From contig JBEKKK010000001.1 of the NCBI GenBank assembly GCA_050010755.1, positions 384,001-448,000 of the forward strand: a stretch of DNA of 64,000 bases, written 5' to 3'. This DNA comes from Candidatus Bathyarchaeia archaeon (lineage in GTDB: Archaea; Thermoproteota; Bathyarchaeia; Bathyarchaeales; Bathycorpusculaceae). Within the stretch, counting starts at the first letter, position 1. Each line of letters opens with the position of its first letter. Shown here in pieces: positions 9,091-19,685 of the stretch. The notes below the pieces were generated by a model. The model worked only from the letters and a program-made list of their open reading frames with translations, was not told where the DNA came from and did no database searches. The translations under genes and the position numbers were made by a program.

Positions 9091-10992
9091 CTAGAGTACA
9101 TGAACCAAAGCTTCATCCACCGATCGCAAAGCGTAGTTGAACAGAAAGAAAACAATTAGCACGACTATCAATATCTTGAAGATGCGAAAGTTCCTGTTGG
9201 TTTTGAACCAGCTCTTCACAACTTCAAGCCTAGTCATAATCCAGACGACTCCTACAGCTGCTTGAATTTGGATTGGGATAAGGTAGAGGAACCGGTAGTA
9301 GTATGGATCTGGAGAAACGGCCAATAATGCCAAGGCAGGAACTGCGATCCACAGAATCATTATTTTGTTGAACCTTTTTGCAAAGTCAAACATGGAAAAC
9401 ACGCCTACAATCGCCAACAATACCAGAAGCGGGTTCCCAAGCAGACCTCCAACGTATGACTGAACTATCATGGCAACGTTGCGCTGAAGGTTCAAAAGGT
9501 TTGAAACACTGATGCCTGAGCCAACTTCATATATACCCCCTCCCGCCGAACTGCTTATGCCTTTTCCAAACGGCGCCAAAGCATACACCGTATAGAAGAG
9601 GAAGTTGGACGCAAGAAGCAAAATCAACAGGAGGATCTCTCTTTCTCTTCTCGACCTCTTTCCAATAAGCGCCCATGCAAAATAGATGATTAGAATTGCC
9701 ATCAAAACGTCCCACGTGTAAGGATGCGTCAGAAGCACAGAAAAGCCCATGACTGCCGATGCTGCCAGGTATTTCCAGGATTGCTTTTCGAAGCTGTTCA
9801 GCAAGAAAATCATCAGAACAAGAGATTCGATGATGGCCAGCCAGTTTGCCAAGAAATACCCGAACAAGCCAACCGTAATTTGAAAGGAAAAGGATGAAAA
9901 AAGCGAGGACATTAGGGCGGCAAGCTCATTTTTGGTTCCTACCTTAACGAACCAGTAAATTGCCAGACTGAGGCATATGGCAAGAATTGTGGGCATGATG
10001 CGGACGACGGTTTCAGGCGAAGAACCAGTTGCGATTTGGACAGCGTACATGAGTAGAATAGGGAAAGGCCTGTCCGTGTTGAAAGCGGTCTGCAGCCCCT
10101 TCTGCGCTACGCTGCTCAACCAGTTGACGTAATCCATGGAGTCTGACCCGATCAGGGCTGAGTTTGGAAGGTGAACGTAGGGGTAGTAAGCTATGAAGGC
10201 GGCAGCTGCCAATGAGAGGAGCAGGCAGAGAGTCACGCGTTTGCTGTTCAACTTCACTGTTGAACCTGCATCTTGAATGCCAGAGGGTGAGATTTTCTCG
10301 GTTATCGTTCCCATGCGCTTTGAAGATGTAACTCTTGAAAGTGCGTGCTTCACGGCTGGAATCCATATCCAACTGTAGAGGAAAAGAAGGAACAACCAGG
10401 ACGTTAGAGGGTACAGCACGTTGAACATTTGAAGGTCGATTGTGGGGAATATCCAGCGTGAACTGGATCCGAAGGGGACTTCATAATCGAAAATGTTGGA
10501 TATCCAGGATGAGGCCGAGGCGAGTTCAAAGAGTATCAACAGGCCTGTAACGGAAGACAACGTGAGGGCAGCTGCTTCTTTCCTTCCCGCCAACAGGTAG
10601 CCGTTTCCATAGTAGGTTGATAGACCCGCTATGGCGAGTCCTGCGGGAACGGCGAGGAAGTAGGCTATGCTGCCGTTAACTTGAAAAACTGCAAGCGAGG
10701 CTACCAGAAGGAGGAAGGGCAATATTGTCCAGCGCGGAACACTGACATCTCGCAGTGCGTTCACAAGCAGCATTTCCAAAACAGCCACCAGAAGAGAGAC
10801 AACCCATATTGACAGATCCACCGTGGGCGAGAAGATGACGATGTTAACGGTCATAGGAGAATAGAGAAGATAAAACCTGATGTCCAAGAGGTTTATGAGC
10901 TTGAAGAGCCCGAACAGAAAGGTGACTGCCGTGGCCAGAGTGGCCAGAAAGAAGTTTAGCAGCAGAGCAGCATGGCGAATTGAAATTGGCAT
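9091..10992 (-). CDS. Large polytopic membrane protein, possibly GT-C-fold glycosyltransferase
   Basis: Many hydrophobic segments; GSDxxxY and DRP motifs after a TM helix; ATG at 10992 preferred because the longer ORF overlaps the divergent gene. Confidence 0.55.
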   Translation of the reverse strand: MPISIRHAALLLNFFLATLATAVTFLFGLFKLINLLDIRFYLLYSPMTVNIVIFSPTVDLSIWVVSLLVAVLEMLLVNALRDVSVPRWTILPFLLLVASLAVFQVNGSIAYFLAVPAGLAIAGLSTYYGNGYLLAGRKEAAALTLSSVTGLLILFELASASSWISNIFDYEVPFGSSSRWIFPTIDLQMFNVLYPLTSWLFLLFLYSWIWIPAVKHALSRVTSSKRMGTITEKISPSGIQDAGSTVKLNSKRVTLCLLLSLAAAAFIAYYPYVHLPNSALIGSDSMDYVNWLSSVAQKGLQTAFNTDRPFPILLMYAVQIATGSSPETVVRIMPTILAICLSLAIYWFVKVGTKNELAALMSSLFSSFSFQITVGLFGYFLANWLAIIESLVLMIFLLNSFEKQSWKYLAASAVMGFSVLLTHPYTWDVLMAILIIYFAWALIGKRSRREREILLLILLLASNFLFYTVYALAPFGKGISSSAGGGIYEVGSGISVSNLLNLQRNVAMIVQSYVGGLLGNPLLVLLAIVGVFSMFDFAKRFNKIMILWIAVPALALLAVSPDPYYYRFLYLIPIQIQAAVGVVWIMTRLEVVKSWFKTNRNFRIFKILIVVLIVFFLFNYALRSVDEALVHVL

Positions 10993-11057
10993 CCCCGATT
11001 CAGCAAAATTTAAGTGAGCAGTCCTTGCATATATGTCCTCGACAAAAAGGATAGGCC

Positions 11058-11567
11058 ATGAAATCCCGATTGGTTGTTTCCATCGTAATTTCCATTCTAA
11101 TCGCAAGCGGGCTCGCCGCCTCCTACACGGGCTACACAACAGTCCTTGCAAAGCCGACTCATGGCTTCACATTGATTGTTAGCGGCACTGCTTACGATCC
11201 GCAAAAACACATATACGTGAATGTTGCTCTGAATGTGACCGGTACAGCCGCGGGAAAGATGAACACTAATATAGATCTATACGTAAAAGGCGGAGACGTG
11301 AGCGTAAACCATGGCTATGGAACCTTCTCTGTTTCACATGGGTGCGGAGAACTGGTTTCGTCCTGCCATTTCATTGCATTGTATATCTGGCTGACTCCCA
11401 AGTATGGAGGACAAGTTGCATTCTGGTGCATGTCCGGCAGAACAGGAAAATTGTCCGACCAAACACTGCAGGTTTCACTGGGCACAAACCACGTTATACT
11501 CCCAATGACAGGGTGTCCCAGACTTGACGACTTAGATATGCAGGGAACAATTGCCCCAGTCTACTAA
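11058..11567 (+). CDS. Secreted beta-rich hypothetical protein
   Basis: N-terminal signal/TM segment followed by beta-strand-like sequence with 4 Cys. Confidence 0.6.
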   Translation: MKSRLVVSIVISILIASGLAASYTGYTTVLAKPTHGFTLIVSGTAYDPQKHIYVNVALNVTGTAAGKMNTNIDLYVKGGDVSVNHGYGTFSVSHGCGELVSSCHFIALYIWLTPKYGGQVAFWCMSGRTGKLSDQTLQVSLGTNHVILPMTGCPRLDDLDMQGTIAPVY

Positions 11568-11670
11568 ATCTATCAGACTCAAATACTGACGCGTCCGTGT
11601 GGTTTATTCTTCATGCGTCTAGGTATTAAGGCGTAATGTTCTAAATGGCGCCCGTGGTTTATCGTCAGTT

Positions 11671-12957
11671 TTAGTTGTGGAGCATGTCCAGCAAGTGGCC
11701 GAGCACTTTTTCGCCATCGGCGCGGAGGCCGTTGTGCTCGTATTCGCTGGTGACCCATAGCTTGATGCTGCGAATGTTTTTTGCAGTTTCCTCTGAGAGT
11801 GTTCGCTCGACGTACATGTCGTTGTAGTAAACTGCTGCTGCGCACGGAACTGTGTTGGATTGCAGGACCGATTTGTCGTAAAGCCGAGGCCAGCCGTCAA
11901 ATGTCGCCAAAATTTCAGCCGTCTCTTTTAATGGTCTAAGGTACTTGTACTCTTCAAACATCCATGGATACACCATCTCGCCTGTGAAGTACACTTGTCG
12001 GTCACGTCTGATTTCAAATTCTGAACGTTCTTGTCGGAGGCGATGCGCTGACCAGTTGGAGCCAGTTTCTTCGCAGTAGATTGATTCGTGGAGAATCGCA
12101 TAGATTGGGTTGGTTTCAAACGAGAGAGAGTTTTCGAAGCCGCGCAGGAAAGCATAGCTCATCTGTCGACCAGCCGCGTCTTGAAGGAATACTTTTTCGA
12201 GCAGGTAGTGGACTTGTTCAAACCCGTTGCTCATCCCGAAGGCTATGCCGAGTTGCTGAAACCGCCTCGGTGACAGTCTGTCGCCTCCTGGCAAGTTCAC
12301 CTCGTGCGAATCTAGATAATCGACGATTTCTCTTACGCGATCTACGTCTTCAGGGTAACGTTCAAAGTAAAGTTTGTTCTTTTCGATGACACGCTGATAT
12401 GTGGCTCGATAAACATCATCTGGCGGCCGATTTATCGGCGGCAGTCCACCCGTCATAATCGCTTCCTTCAATCCGTGCGGCGCGGCAGACAGATAATGCG
12501 TCACACAGAAGCCTCCGTAGCTCTGCCCCAGCACACTCCAGCGGCCACCCTCTCCAAGCAGTTCGCGTCGAATTGATTCAGCATCTCGCACGATAGAATC
12601 CGCCCGAAAATTCTTCAGGTAGTCAGCCTGTTCTCTAGAAGTGGCAAACCGCGCCAACGTCTGATAGTTGACGGGCGTACTGCAGCCTGTCCCGCGTTGG
12701 TCAAGCAGGAACACACGATATTCCTGCAGTGCTCTTTTCAGCCAGCCACTACTGCTTTCAGGACGCAGCGCTTCCATGCCGGGCCCGCCTTGAAAGAATA
12801 CGAGCCACGGCAAATCGGTCTTTTCCTTGCTACCAGCGACAACTTCGCGTCCAAAGACGCTAATCATCTCACCGTCAGGCTGCCTATGATTCAAGGGCAC
12901 GGTGAATTCATGGTCAGTTAAGACAATTCCCGGTAGACGATGGACGTACTTGCGCAT
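11671..12957 (-). CDS. pip: Proline iminopeptidase (alpha/beta hydrolase, S33)
   Basis: FQGGPG, DQRGTG, FRADSIVRD, GQSYGG nucleophile motif, DMYV, EHNGLR. Confidence 0.9.
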   Translation of the reverse strand: MRKYVHRLPGIVLTDHEFTVPLNHRQPDGEMISVFGREVVAGSKEKTDLPWLVFFQGGPGMEALRPESSSGWLKRALQEYRVFLLDQRGTGCSTPVNYQTLARFATSREQADYLKNFRADSIVRDAESIRRELLGEGGRWSVLGQSYGGFCVTHYLSAAPHGLKEAIMTGGLPPINRPPDDVYRATYQRVIEKNKLYFERYPEDVDRVREIVDYLDSHEVNLPGGDRLSPRRFQQLGIAFGMSNGFEQVHYLLEKVFLQDAAGRQMSYAFLRGFENSLSFETNPIYAILHESIYCEETGSNWSAHRLRQERSEFEIRRDRQVYFTGEMVYPWMFEEYKYLRPLKETAEILATFDGWPRLYDKSVLQSNTVPCAAAVYYNDMYVERTLSEETAKNIRSIKLWVTSEYEHNGLRADGEKVLGHLLDMLHN

Positions 12958-13078
12958 GTTCAACCTTCCTTCAGATAACGAACGGCCTATTGGTTACCCA
13001 CGATTGACGTAATAAAGCTTGCACAGACAGAGGTTACGCTGCCAATGCAGAAAGACGTTGGTCGTTTCAGGTCGCATA

Positions 13079-13534
13079 CTAGTCGGTTAGAGTCAGTAGA
13101 GGCGCGCAAGCAAGTACAGTGTCTCGGTACTTGTCTAGAATCATCACGGCGTGTTTTTCTGCTTGGTGTTCCCACATTGGTTTCTTATCTATCCATTGCC
13201 TGAGGTGCATCCCTTCGTGGGCCGTGACTTTCACGAGTGCTTCCTTCCAGTCGTTCAGCATTACCGCGTATTTTTGGCAACGCTTGTGGTCTGGATAGAC
13301 GGAAAGGTATGGAAAGTGCTTTGTCTTACCTATCCTTACTACGATTAGAAAGCGTCGGCTGTTGCAACCGCACGTACAATCCTCTGCGCTCGCGAAGATC
13401 CGTCCATAGAACGCATATTTGCTATTTTTCACATGCACTTCCAACTCTTCGGAATGTGGAACATTTTTCAAAGCGAATTTCACGAGGTCTTCAACCTGAT
13501 CGGAAGGATATCTTGAGCTGTTCTTGACAATCAC
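13079..13534 (-). CDS. Small putative zinc metalloprotease (HEXXH)
   Basis: TAHEGMHLRQW followed by a downstream E..AE; start placed at GTG 13534. Confidence 0.6.
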   Translation of the reverse strand: MIVKNSSRYPSDQVEDLVKFALKNVPHSEELEVHVKNSKYAFYGRIFASAEDCTCGCNSRRFLIVVRIGKTKHFPYLSVYPDHKRCQKYAVMLNDWKEALVKVTAHEGMHLRQWIDKKPMWEHQAEKHAVMILDKYRDTVLACAPLLTLTD

Positions 13535-13869
13535 TTTAATGCCCTCTTGCCTGTTGATGTTACAAACTGGTCTCGCACCAAAGCGCGAGAACTCGTGCTC
13601 TAATGCTGGCTCATTTGATAAAGCGCTTATGAAGCCAGAATCAATACTGAGAGTCAATTGTGCAAGCCTCCTCCTTCCAGTCCAGTAGCTCAACAGGCAA
13701 GACATCGCCAGCGAACACGCGCTGGTCTCCCATAAAGATTTCCGAGGTTTCAAGACCGAATTACTTGTCAGATTATCAAAAGCAAACCGGATGGGCTCAG
13801 GACGAGCCCGGGCTTAGCGTTTAACAATCACATTTATTACTTTTTTGTTCCTAATCTCAAGACCAGCTC

Positions 13870-15318
13870 ATGGTGATTGAAGTGAAGGAATATGATGCCA
13901 TCGTCTTAGGCTCGGGATCTGCGATGGAAATCGTGAATGAGATGGAACAGGAAACCCCAGGCATTAGAGTCGCGGTTATAGACAAGGATGAACCTGGCGG
14001 AATATGCTTGACACGAGGTTGTATTCCTTCCAAAATCCTATTGTACCCAGCCGAGATGGTGAGGACCGTTGAAAGGGCCAGTGAGTTCGGAATATCTGTC
14101 GACTTGAAAAACGTGGATTTCCATGCAGTTATGGAGCGAATGAGAAAACTGATTCAATTAGAAATAGATGCCATGAAACGCGGGCTCACTCACACTAAGA
14201 ACCTGGATTACTACAACAGTGTCGCTGAATTCATCGCACCCTACACTATGAAGGTTGGAAAGGAAACTATTAGATCGCAAATGATTTTTCTGTGCACCGG
14301 ATCAAAACCGCTAATCCCACCGATAGAAGGTCTGGAAAAAGTCAAATATCATACGAGCGACACTGTTCTTAAAATGGACAGCCTGCCTCGGAGCGTAGCC
14401 GTCGTCGGCGGAGGGTACATCGCAGCAGAATACGGCCATTTTTTTTCGGCTATGGGATCAAAAGTTACCATTATCGGCAGAAATCGGCAGTTCATTCCCG
14501 AAGAGGAACCCGAAGTGTCGGCCCTGGCAAAGAGAGAACTGCAAAAGCACATGACGATATTTTCCAACCATGAAGTTCGCAGCGTCGAGAACACTTCAGA
14601 TGGAAGGAAAAGACTGGTTGCCATCAACAGAGAGAGCGGGAAAGAAGTGGAGGTGGCCGCTGAAGAAATATTGATCGCTTCAGGAAGGGAATCGAACACG
14701 GTTATACTTCATCCCGAGAGGGCCGGAATAAGAACTGACGAAAAGGGATGGATAGTTGTCGATGAGTTTTTGGAAACGTCACAGCCGAACGTTTGGGCTT
14801 TTGGGGACGCCGATGGCAGATACCTCTTCAAGCACGTGGCGAACTACGAGGCATTGCTCGTGTACTACAATGCCGTGCAGAAGAAACGAGTCAAGGTCGA
14901 CTATCACGCGGTTCCACACGCGGTCTTTACTTATCCGGAAATTGCCAGCGTCGGACTCAAAGAGGCAGAAGCGATAGAAAAGTATGGCAAGGCTAACCTT
15001 CTGATTGGAATCCAACGCTACGAAGATACTGCAAAGGGAGTGGCTATGGCCTTGAAAGACTTTTTCATCAAGGTCATAACGGAATCAACCACGACGAAAA
15101 TATTGGGAGCACACATCATCGGACCGTACGCCTCCGTCCTCATCCAAGAGATTATAGACCTCATGTACACATCAACGCAGAGTGCACAACCAATACTGGA
15201 AGGAATGCACATTCACCCCTCCCTGAGCGAAGTTGTGCAAAGAGCGGTCGCATCCAGCGTGCCCGTAGATCAGTACCACCACATGCTCGAAGAACATTAT
15301 GGTCTTTCCACTGAGTGA
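13870..15318 (+). CDS. Dihydrolipoamide dehydrogenase / class-I pyridine nucleotide-disulfide oxidoreductase
   Basis: GSGS, GGICLTRGCIPSK redox disulfide, GGGYIAAE, C-terminal HPSLSE. Confidence 0.9.
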   Translation: MVIEVKEYDAIVLGSGSAMEIVNEMEQETPGIRVAVIDKDEPGGICLTRGCIPSKILLYPAEMVRTVERASEFGISVDLKNVDFHAVMERMRKLIQLEIDAMKRGLTHTKNLDYYNSVAEFIAPYTMKVGKETIRSQMIFLCTGSKPLIPPIEGLEKVKYHTSDTVLKMDSLPRSVAVVGGGYIAAEYGHFFSAMGSKVTIIGRNRQFIPEEEPEVSALAKRELQKHMTIFSNHEVRSVENTSDGRKRLVAINRESGKEVEVAAEEILIASGRESNTVILHPERAGIRTDEKGWIVVDEFLETSQPNVWAFGDADGRYLFKHVANYEALLVYYNAVQKKRVKVDYHAVPHAVFTYPEIASVGLKEAEAIEKYGKANLLIGIQRYEDTAKGVAMALKDFFIKVITESTTTKILGAHIIGPYASVLIQEIIDLMYTSTQSAQPILEGMHIHPSLSEVVQRAVASSVPVDQYHHMLEEHYGLSTE

Positions 15319-15364
15319 AACATGGGACGCGCGCTGTTGGCGCTCGCCGAAACTTGAATCCTTG

Positions 15365-15793
15365 TCAATTTTTTGGGCAGTATTTCAGCAGGTCCTCGAA
15401 AAGCTTTGTCAGTTTAGGCTCTTCTCTGGCAATATCCATGCTTGTGATTAATCCAACGAGTTTGCCGTCCTGGACAACTATCAACTTCTTGAAGCCCTTC
15501 TTGACCATGATTCTTGCTGCCTCTTCCAGACTGGCGTCTTCTCCTATGGTCACAAGGCTGGCCGACATCACGTTCCTAGCTGTCAAAGCGGCTGGAAGAA
15601 GTTCCATCTGAAGCACTCTTTCCATTATATCCTTGTGAGTTATCAGTCCGATAGGCCTGTCCTTCTGGACGACAACCACGCTGCTTATGTCAAACTTCAA
15701 CATTGTTGCAATTACTTCTTGCATGGTCGTGTCTTCTCTGACAACTTTAACATCGCGCGTCATCGCATCTCTAACTGACAACATTCCTGCCAT
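15365..15793 (-). CDS. CBS-domain pair protein
   Basis: VRDAMT...IGLITHKD / ARNVMS...LVGLITSMD. Confidence 0.9.
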   Translation of the reverse strand: MAGMLSVRDAMTRDVKVVREDTTMQEVIATMLKFDISSVVVVQKDRPIGLITHKDIMERVLQMELLPAALTARNVMSASLVTIGEDASLEEAARIMVKKGFKKLIVVQDGKLVGLITSMDIAREEPKLTKLFEDLLKYCPKN

Positions 15794-15983
15794 CGAAATC
15801 CCTTCACAACACTTCCGACCTATTACGCACACTGCTTATATAAAAAAGAATCCATCAGCCAAAACGCAGGTGGAGACGAACTACTTCATTGTCCGGTTGT
15901 TCCAGAACCGCAAAAATTAAGAACCGCCGCCAGAAAACAGTAATTCTTAAATCGCCTTCTCATCCAAAGTATCGAGTGATTCT

Positions 15984-16832
15984 ATGAAGGCTTTCATCTC
16001 GGTTGATCTGGAGGGCATGCCTTACATCGTCATCCCGGGTCACTTGAACCTGAAGGGCCCGTTGTATGAAGAGGCAAGAAGAATTGCCACCAAAATAGCG
16101 TTGATTACGGCGGATGAGCTGAACAGAAACGGTTTTGACAGAGTCATCATCGCAGACAGCCACGGACCGATGGTTAACCTGCTGGTCGACGATCTGCCCG
16201 AGTGCGTCGAGATAGTGAGAGGTTTTCCTCGCCCGCTCAGCATGGTCTCAGGAATAGAAGGCTGCAAACTGGCTATGTTTCTCGGCTACCACGCCAAATT
16301 TGGCACGGCAAAGTCAACGTTTGACCACACTTACAGCAGTATGAGCATAAACCGCGTGGAAGTGAATGGGGTTGCTGCCAGCGAATTCCTCCTCAACGGC
16401 TTAGTCGCCGGAGAGCTGGGCGTTCCAGTTGTTCTCGTTGCGGGGGAAGCTCGGCTGTTGGAGGATGATGTCAGGAAAAAGGCGCCGTGGGCTGAGACCG
16501 TTGCGTTGAAAACCTCTATGAGTCGGCTTTCGGCAAGGAGCGCGAGCATGATTAGCATCGAGAAGGAACTGCGGAACGGCGTCAAGAAGGCTGTCGCCAG
16601 TCAGAAGAGAGGCAAAGCTGAGCTGTTAGTAGCCGAAAAGCCTGTGAAGATGGCGATTAACTTTTTGTCAAGTCAGTTCGCGGATGCTGCAGAACTGTTG
16701 CCCAGCATCAAGAGAGTCGATGGGCTGAGGGTCGAGTACACGGCCAAAAGCATGGCGGACGCGTACAAGACTATGGAGCTGCTGACTCTTGCGTCAAGTG
16801 GCATGCAGGCGCTTATGGAAGGCATGAGATAG
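15984..16832 (+). CDS. dppA: M55 family D-aminopeptidase
   Basis: ISVDLEG, DSHG, FLGYHA, HTYS, VAGE. Confidence 0.9.
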   Translation: MKAFISVDLEGMPYIVIPGHLNLKGPLYEEARRIATKIALITADELNRNGFDRVIIADSHGPMVNLLVDDLPECVEIVRGFPRPLSMVSGIEGCKLAMFLGYHAKFGTAKSTFDHTYSSMSINRVEVNGVAASEFLLNGLVAGELGVPVVLVAGEARLLEDDVRKKAPWAETVALKTSMSRLSARSASMISIEKELRNGVKKAVASQKRGKAELLVAEKPVKMAINFLSSQFADAAELLPSIKRVDGLRVEYTAKSMADAYKTMELLTLASSGMQALMEGMR

Positions 16833-16910
16833 AAGCACAATTTGCGAGCAGCACGTTTGAAGGCAAATGATATTATTCTGAACGAAAATCTGGTTTGAGG
16901 GGGTGGAGGC

Positions 16911-18341
16911 ATGAAGTTCTCTTTCGTCAATGCTGGTCCGAACGCGGATCTGGACGACCGAGAGGGGAAAAAATCCATCGGCGCCTGGCCTCCTCTAGGA
17001 ATACTGTACATGGCTGCAGTGCTACGGCAAAACGGTGTTGAGGTGTCAGTGCTCGATCAGGCGGCGAGAGGTCTCACCGTGAAAGAAACGGCGAAGTGGG
17101 TGAAGGCTCAGAACCCTGATGTCTTGGGTTTTTCAACGTTCGCAACCTCTGGTCGTACGGCCGCGGCTATAAGCGCCGAGGCGAAAAAGGAAAACCCGAA
17201 CGTTACGGTGGTTTTCGGAAACTACTACGCCACTTTCAACTCGGAAAGAGTTCTCAGAAAGTATCCTTCAGTCGATATCATCGTGCGTGGAGAAGGAGAA
17301 CGTACTGTCGTTGACTTGGTGGATTGTCTGGAAAAGAGGGGGCGGTTGAAGGATGTCCTTGGAATCAGCTTCAGGAGCGAAGGTGGGGTTGCCTCCACGC
17401 CTGACAGCCCTCTCATAAAAGATTTGGACAGCCTTCCCTTTCCAGATCGGTCGCTGGTCGATGATGATTACCATTCTGTTATGGCCGGAGCCAACGTAGC
17501 CCCGAAAAAGTTTACCAGCATCGTCTCTTCGCGTGGCTGCGTCTATAGGTGTCGATTCTGTTGCTGTACACAGTTTGCGCATAGCAGGTGGAGACCCAGA
17601 TCGGTCCAGAACACCATGGAGGAACTGCGTTTTCTTGTTTCGGAGGGGTATAAGCAATTCATCTTTGTGGATGATAATTTCACGGGTAGCCCGAAGAACG
17701 TCATCCAGCTCTGCAGGGAGATGAGGAAAGAAAAGTTAGACATTGAATGGATATGTGAGGGAAGAGTTGACACAGGCTCCTACGAGATGTTCTGGGAAAC
17801 TGCCCATGCGGGCTGCAAGATTCTGTATTTCGGCATTGAAAGTGCCAATCAAAGAATCTTAGATTATTACAATAAGCATATAACGCCAGAGCAAACCAGA
17901 GCGGCCGTGAAGACGGCGAGAAGAGCGGGAGCCGACGCGATAGTCGGATCTTTCATCGTCGGGGCGCCTGACGAGACCAGAGAAGAAATTCGGAACACGA
18001 TAGAGTTTGCAAAGAAAATTCCTATAGACCTGCCTCAGTTCAACATTCTGGGGGTTTATCCTGGGACAGACATCTGGGACGAATGCGAAGCCAAGGGCTA
18101 CCTGAAGGGCGGCGAATACTGGGAGACGGGCGTCGCCGTGTCGGAGATATGTCCCACTGCGGTGCCCTACAAGGAAATACGATGGATGATTCATGAGGGC
18201 TTCTACCGCTTTTTCCGTCGACCAACCTTCGTTTCAGAGCAGATGGCCAGACTGATCAAAAGTCCCTATCGTATCAGAACCGCGTTGAGCAATGCTGTCC
18301 GTTTTGGCAGCGTCTTGGAAAACGTCCGCAGGGTGACGTAG
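16911..18341 (+). CDS. Cobalamin-binding radical SAM protein
   Basis: PPLGILY B12-binding N-terminus, GEGE, SRGCVYRCRFC (CX3CX2C), FVDDNF, GIES. Confidence 0.9.
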   Translation: MKFSFVNAGPNADLDDREGKKSIGAWPPLGILYMAAVLRQNGVEVSVLDQAARGLTVKETAKWVKAQNPDVLGFSTFATSGRTAAAISAEAKKENPNVTVVFGNYYATFNSERVLRKYPSVDIIVRGEGERTVVDLVDCLEKRGRLKDVLGISFRSEGGVASTPDSPLIKDLDSLPFPDRSLVDDDYHSVMAGANVAPKKFTSIVSSRGCVYRCRFCCCTQFAHSRWRPRSVQNTMEELRFLVSEGYKQFIFVDDNFTGSPKNVIQLCREMRKEKLDIEWICEGRVDTGSYEMFWETAHAGCKILYFGIESANQRILDYYNKHITPEQTRAAVKTARRAGADAIVGSFIVGAPDETREEIRNTIEFAKKIPIDLPQFNILGVYPGTDIWDECEAKGYLKGGEYWETGVAVSEICPTAVPYKEIRWMIHEGFYRFFRRPTFVSEQMARLIKSPYRIRTALSNAVRFGSVLENVRRVT

Positions 18342-18737
18342 GCGAAGCCAGCGCAATAAATCTTCATTGCGCGCGCTCCGTGCCAAATGTTCAAGATCGC
18401 AACGACAACGCACCAGCAGCCCGCGCGGAGAGAAAAGACTCGACCTTGAGGTCGCGCTGTGAACCAGAGGACAAGAACAGGCGCGTTAAAGGGTTGATTG
18501 CGCACATCCAAACGGCCAGATTTTTCCAGGGAGTTTCTTTACTGCTAGGCCTATTGATCTGGAATAGTCCGGGCTCTAGGAACCGCATTTGAGATTTTTC
18601 GGCACAGCATTCGTAATTCGAGCCAGAAAATTGATCCGCAGTAAAAATAGGACCTGTATCATTGCTGCTAGCACTCGGCACTGGCTAAGAGGAAACCGAA
18701 TTGCTTTATTAATCCCTGGACATATCTGCTTTCGGAA

Positions 18738-19685
18738 GTGTTTAACACGGTTCACATTGCAGTTGCCGGAACCGGCCGCGTTGGCGGAGAAGTCGCTTTC
18801 AGCTTGATATTCGAGAGATACTTGACTGAACTCTCGCTCGTCGACAAGGCTCCGAGCGTGGCCGACATGGTCAAGGAGGAGTTGTGTCACGCCATCGCTG
18901 GCCACGGTTTCGACGTCAAGATAAACGCGTATGCCGATGCCGAACGAGTGAAGGATGCGGATCTAATCGTGATAGCCGCTGGTTTCCCGAGGACGCCGGA
19001 GATGAGCAGAAGAGACTTGGCGACTAAGAACGCCGGAGCGGTGAAGTCTGTCGTCGAGAATACTCTTGAAAACAACCCTGAAGCATGGTACTTCGTCATC
19101 ACCAATCCTGTGGACGCGATGACCACACTAGCAGACAGCGCCGCGAACGGCAAGCGGCAAATCATCGGGACAGGAACCTGCCTTGAAACTTCGAGGTTCA
19201 GGACGATAATCAGCAGAGAACTGAACATTCCGATAGGAACCGTGGAAGCGTACGTGGGCGGAGAGCACGGAGAAGCCGCTGTTCCACTCTGGAGCCTGGT
19301 CAAAATCAACGGCCAACCGCTCGAGACCTACCTCAGAAAAACTTCGAAGACCCTGGACAAGGCTCAATGCGAGAACTATGTGAAGGAGGTGAGCCGCGAA
19401 ATAATACGCGTGCTGGGCGGAACGAGATACGGCCCGGCTGGCTCCTTCATCGAGATAATTCGTGGACTCGTGCTGAACACGGGAAAAGTGATGAGTTACT
19501 CCAGGAAGACCCAATTCAAGGGCAACCCTCCTGAACCGGTGTACGTCACGGTGCCGGCGAGAATCGCAAAATCGCTCAGCCCGGACCTCTGGGACATGTT
19601 GAGCGAACCGGAGAAAAAGGCAATCGAAGACGCCTCGGGAGCCATCTACAAAACCTACCGTGAAGCCGTCGAGGGACCACGGTGA
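18738..19685 (+). CDS. mdh: Malate dehydrogenase (LDH/MDH family)
   Basis: GTGRVG, AGFPRTPEMSRRDL (Arg in the specificity loop, malate type), TNPVD, GEHG. Confidence 0.8.
   Translation: MFNTVHIAVAGTGRVGGEVAFSLIFERYLTELSLVDKAPSVADMVKEELCHAIAGHGFDVKINAYADAERVKDADLIVIAAGFPRTPEMSRRDLATKNAGAVKSVVENTLENNPEAWYFVITNPVDAMTTLADSAANGKRQIIGTGTCLETSRFRTIISRELNIPIGTVEAYVGGEHGEAAVPLWSLVKINGQPLETYLRKTSKTLDKAQCENYVKEVSREIIRVLGGTRYGPAGSFIEIIRGLVLNTGKVMSYSRKTQFKGNPPEPVYVTVPARIAKSLSPDLWDMLSEPEKKAIEDASGAIYKTYREAVEGPR

Noticed and set aside
18342-18737. Short ORFs in the ~400-nt gap after the radical SAM gene
   Set aside because: Mutually overlapping and not protein-like; none could be supported.
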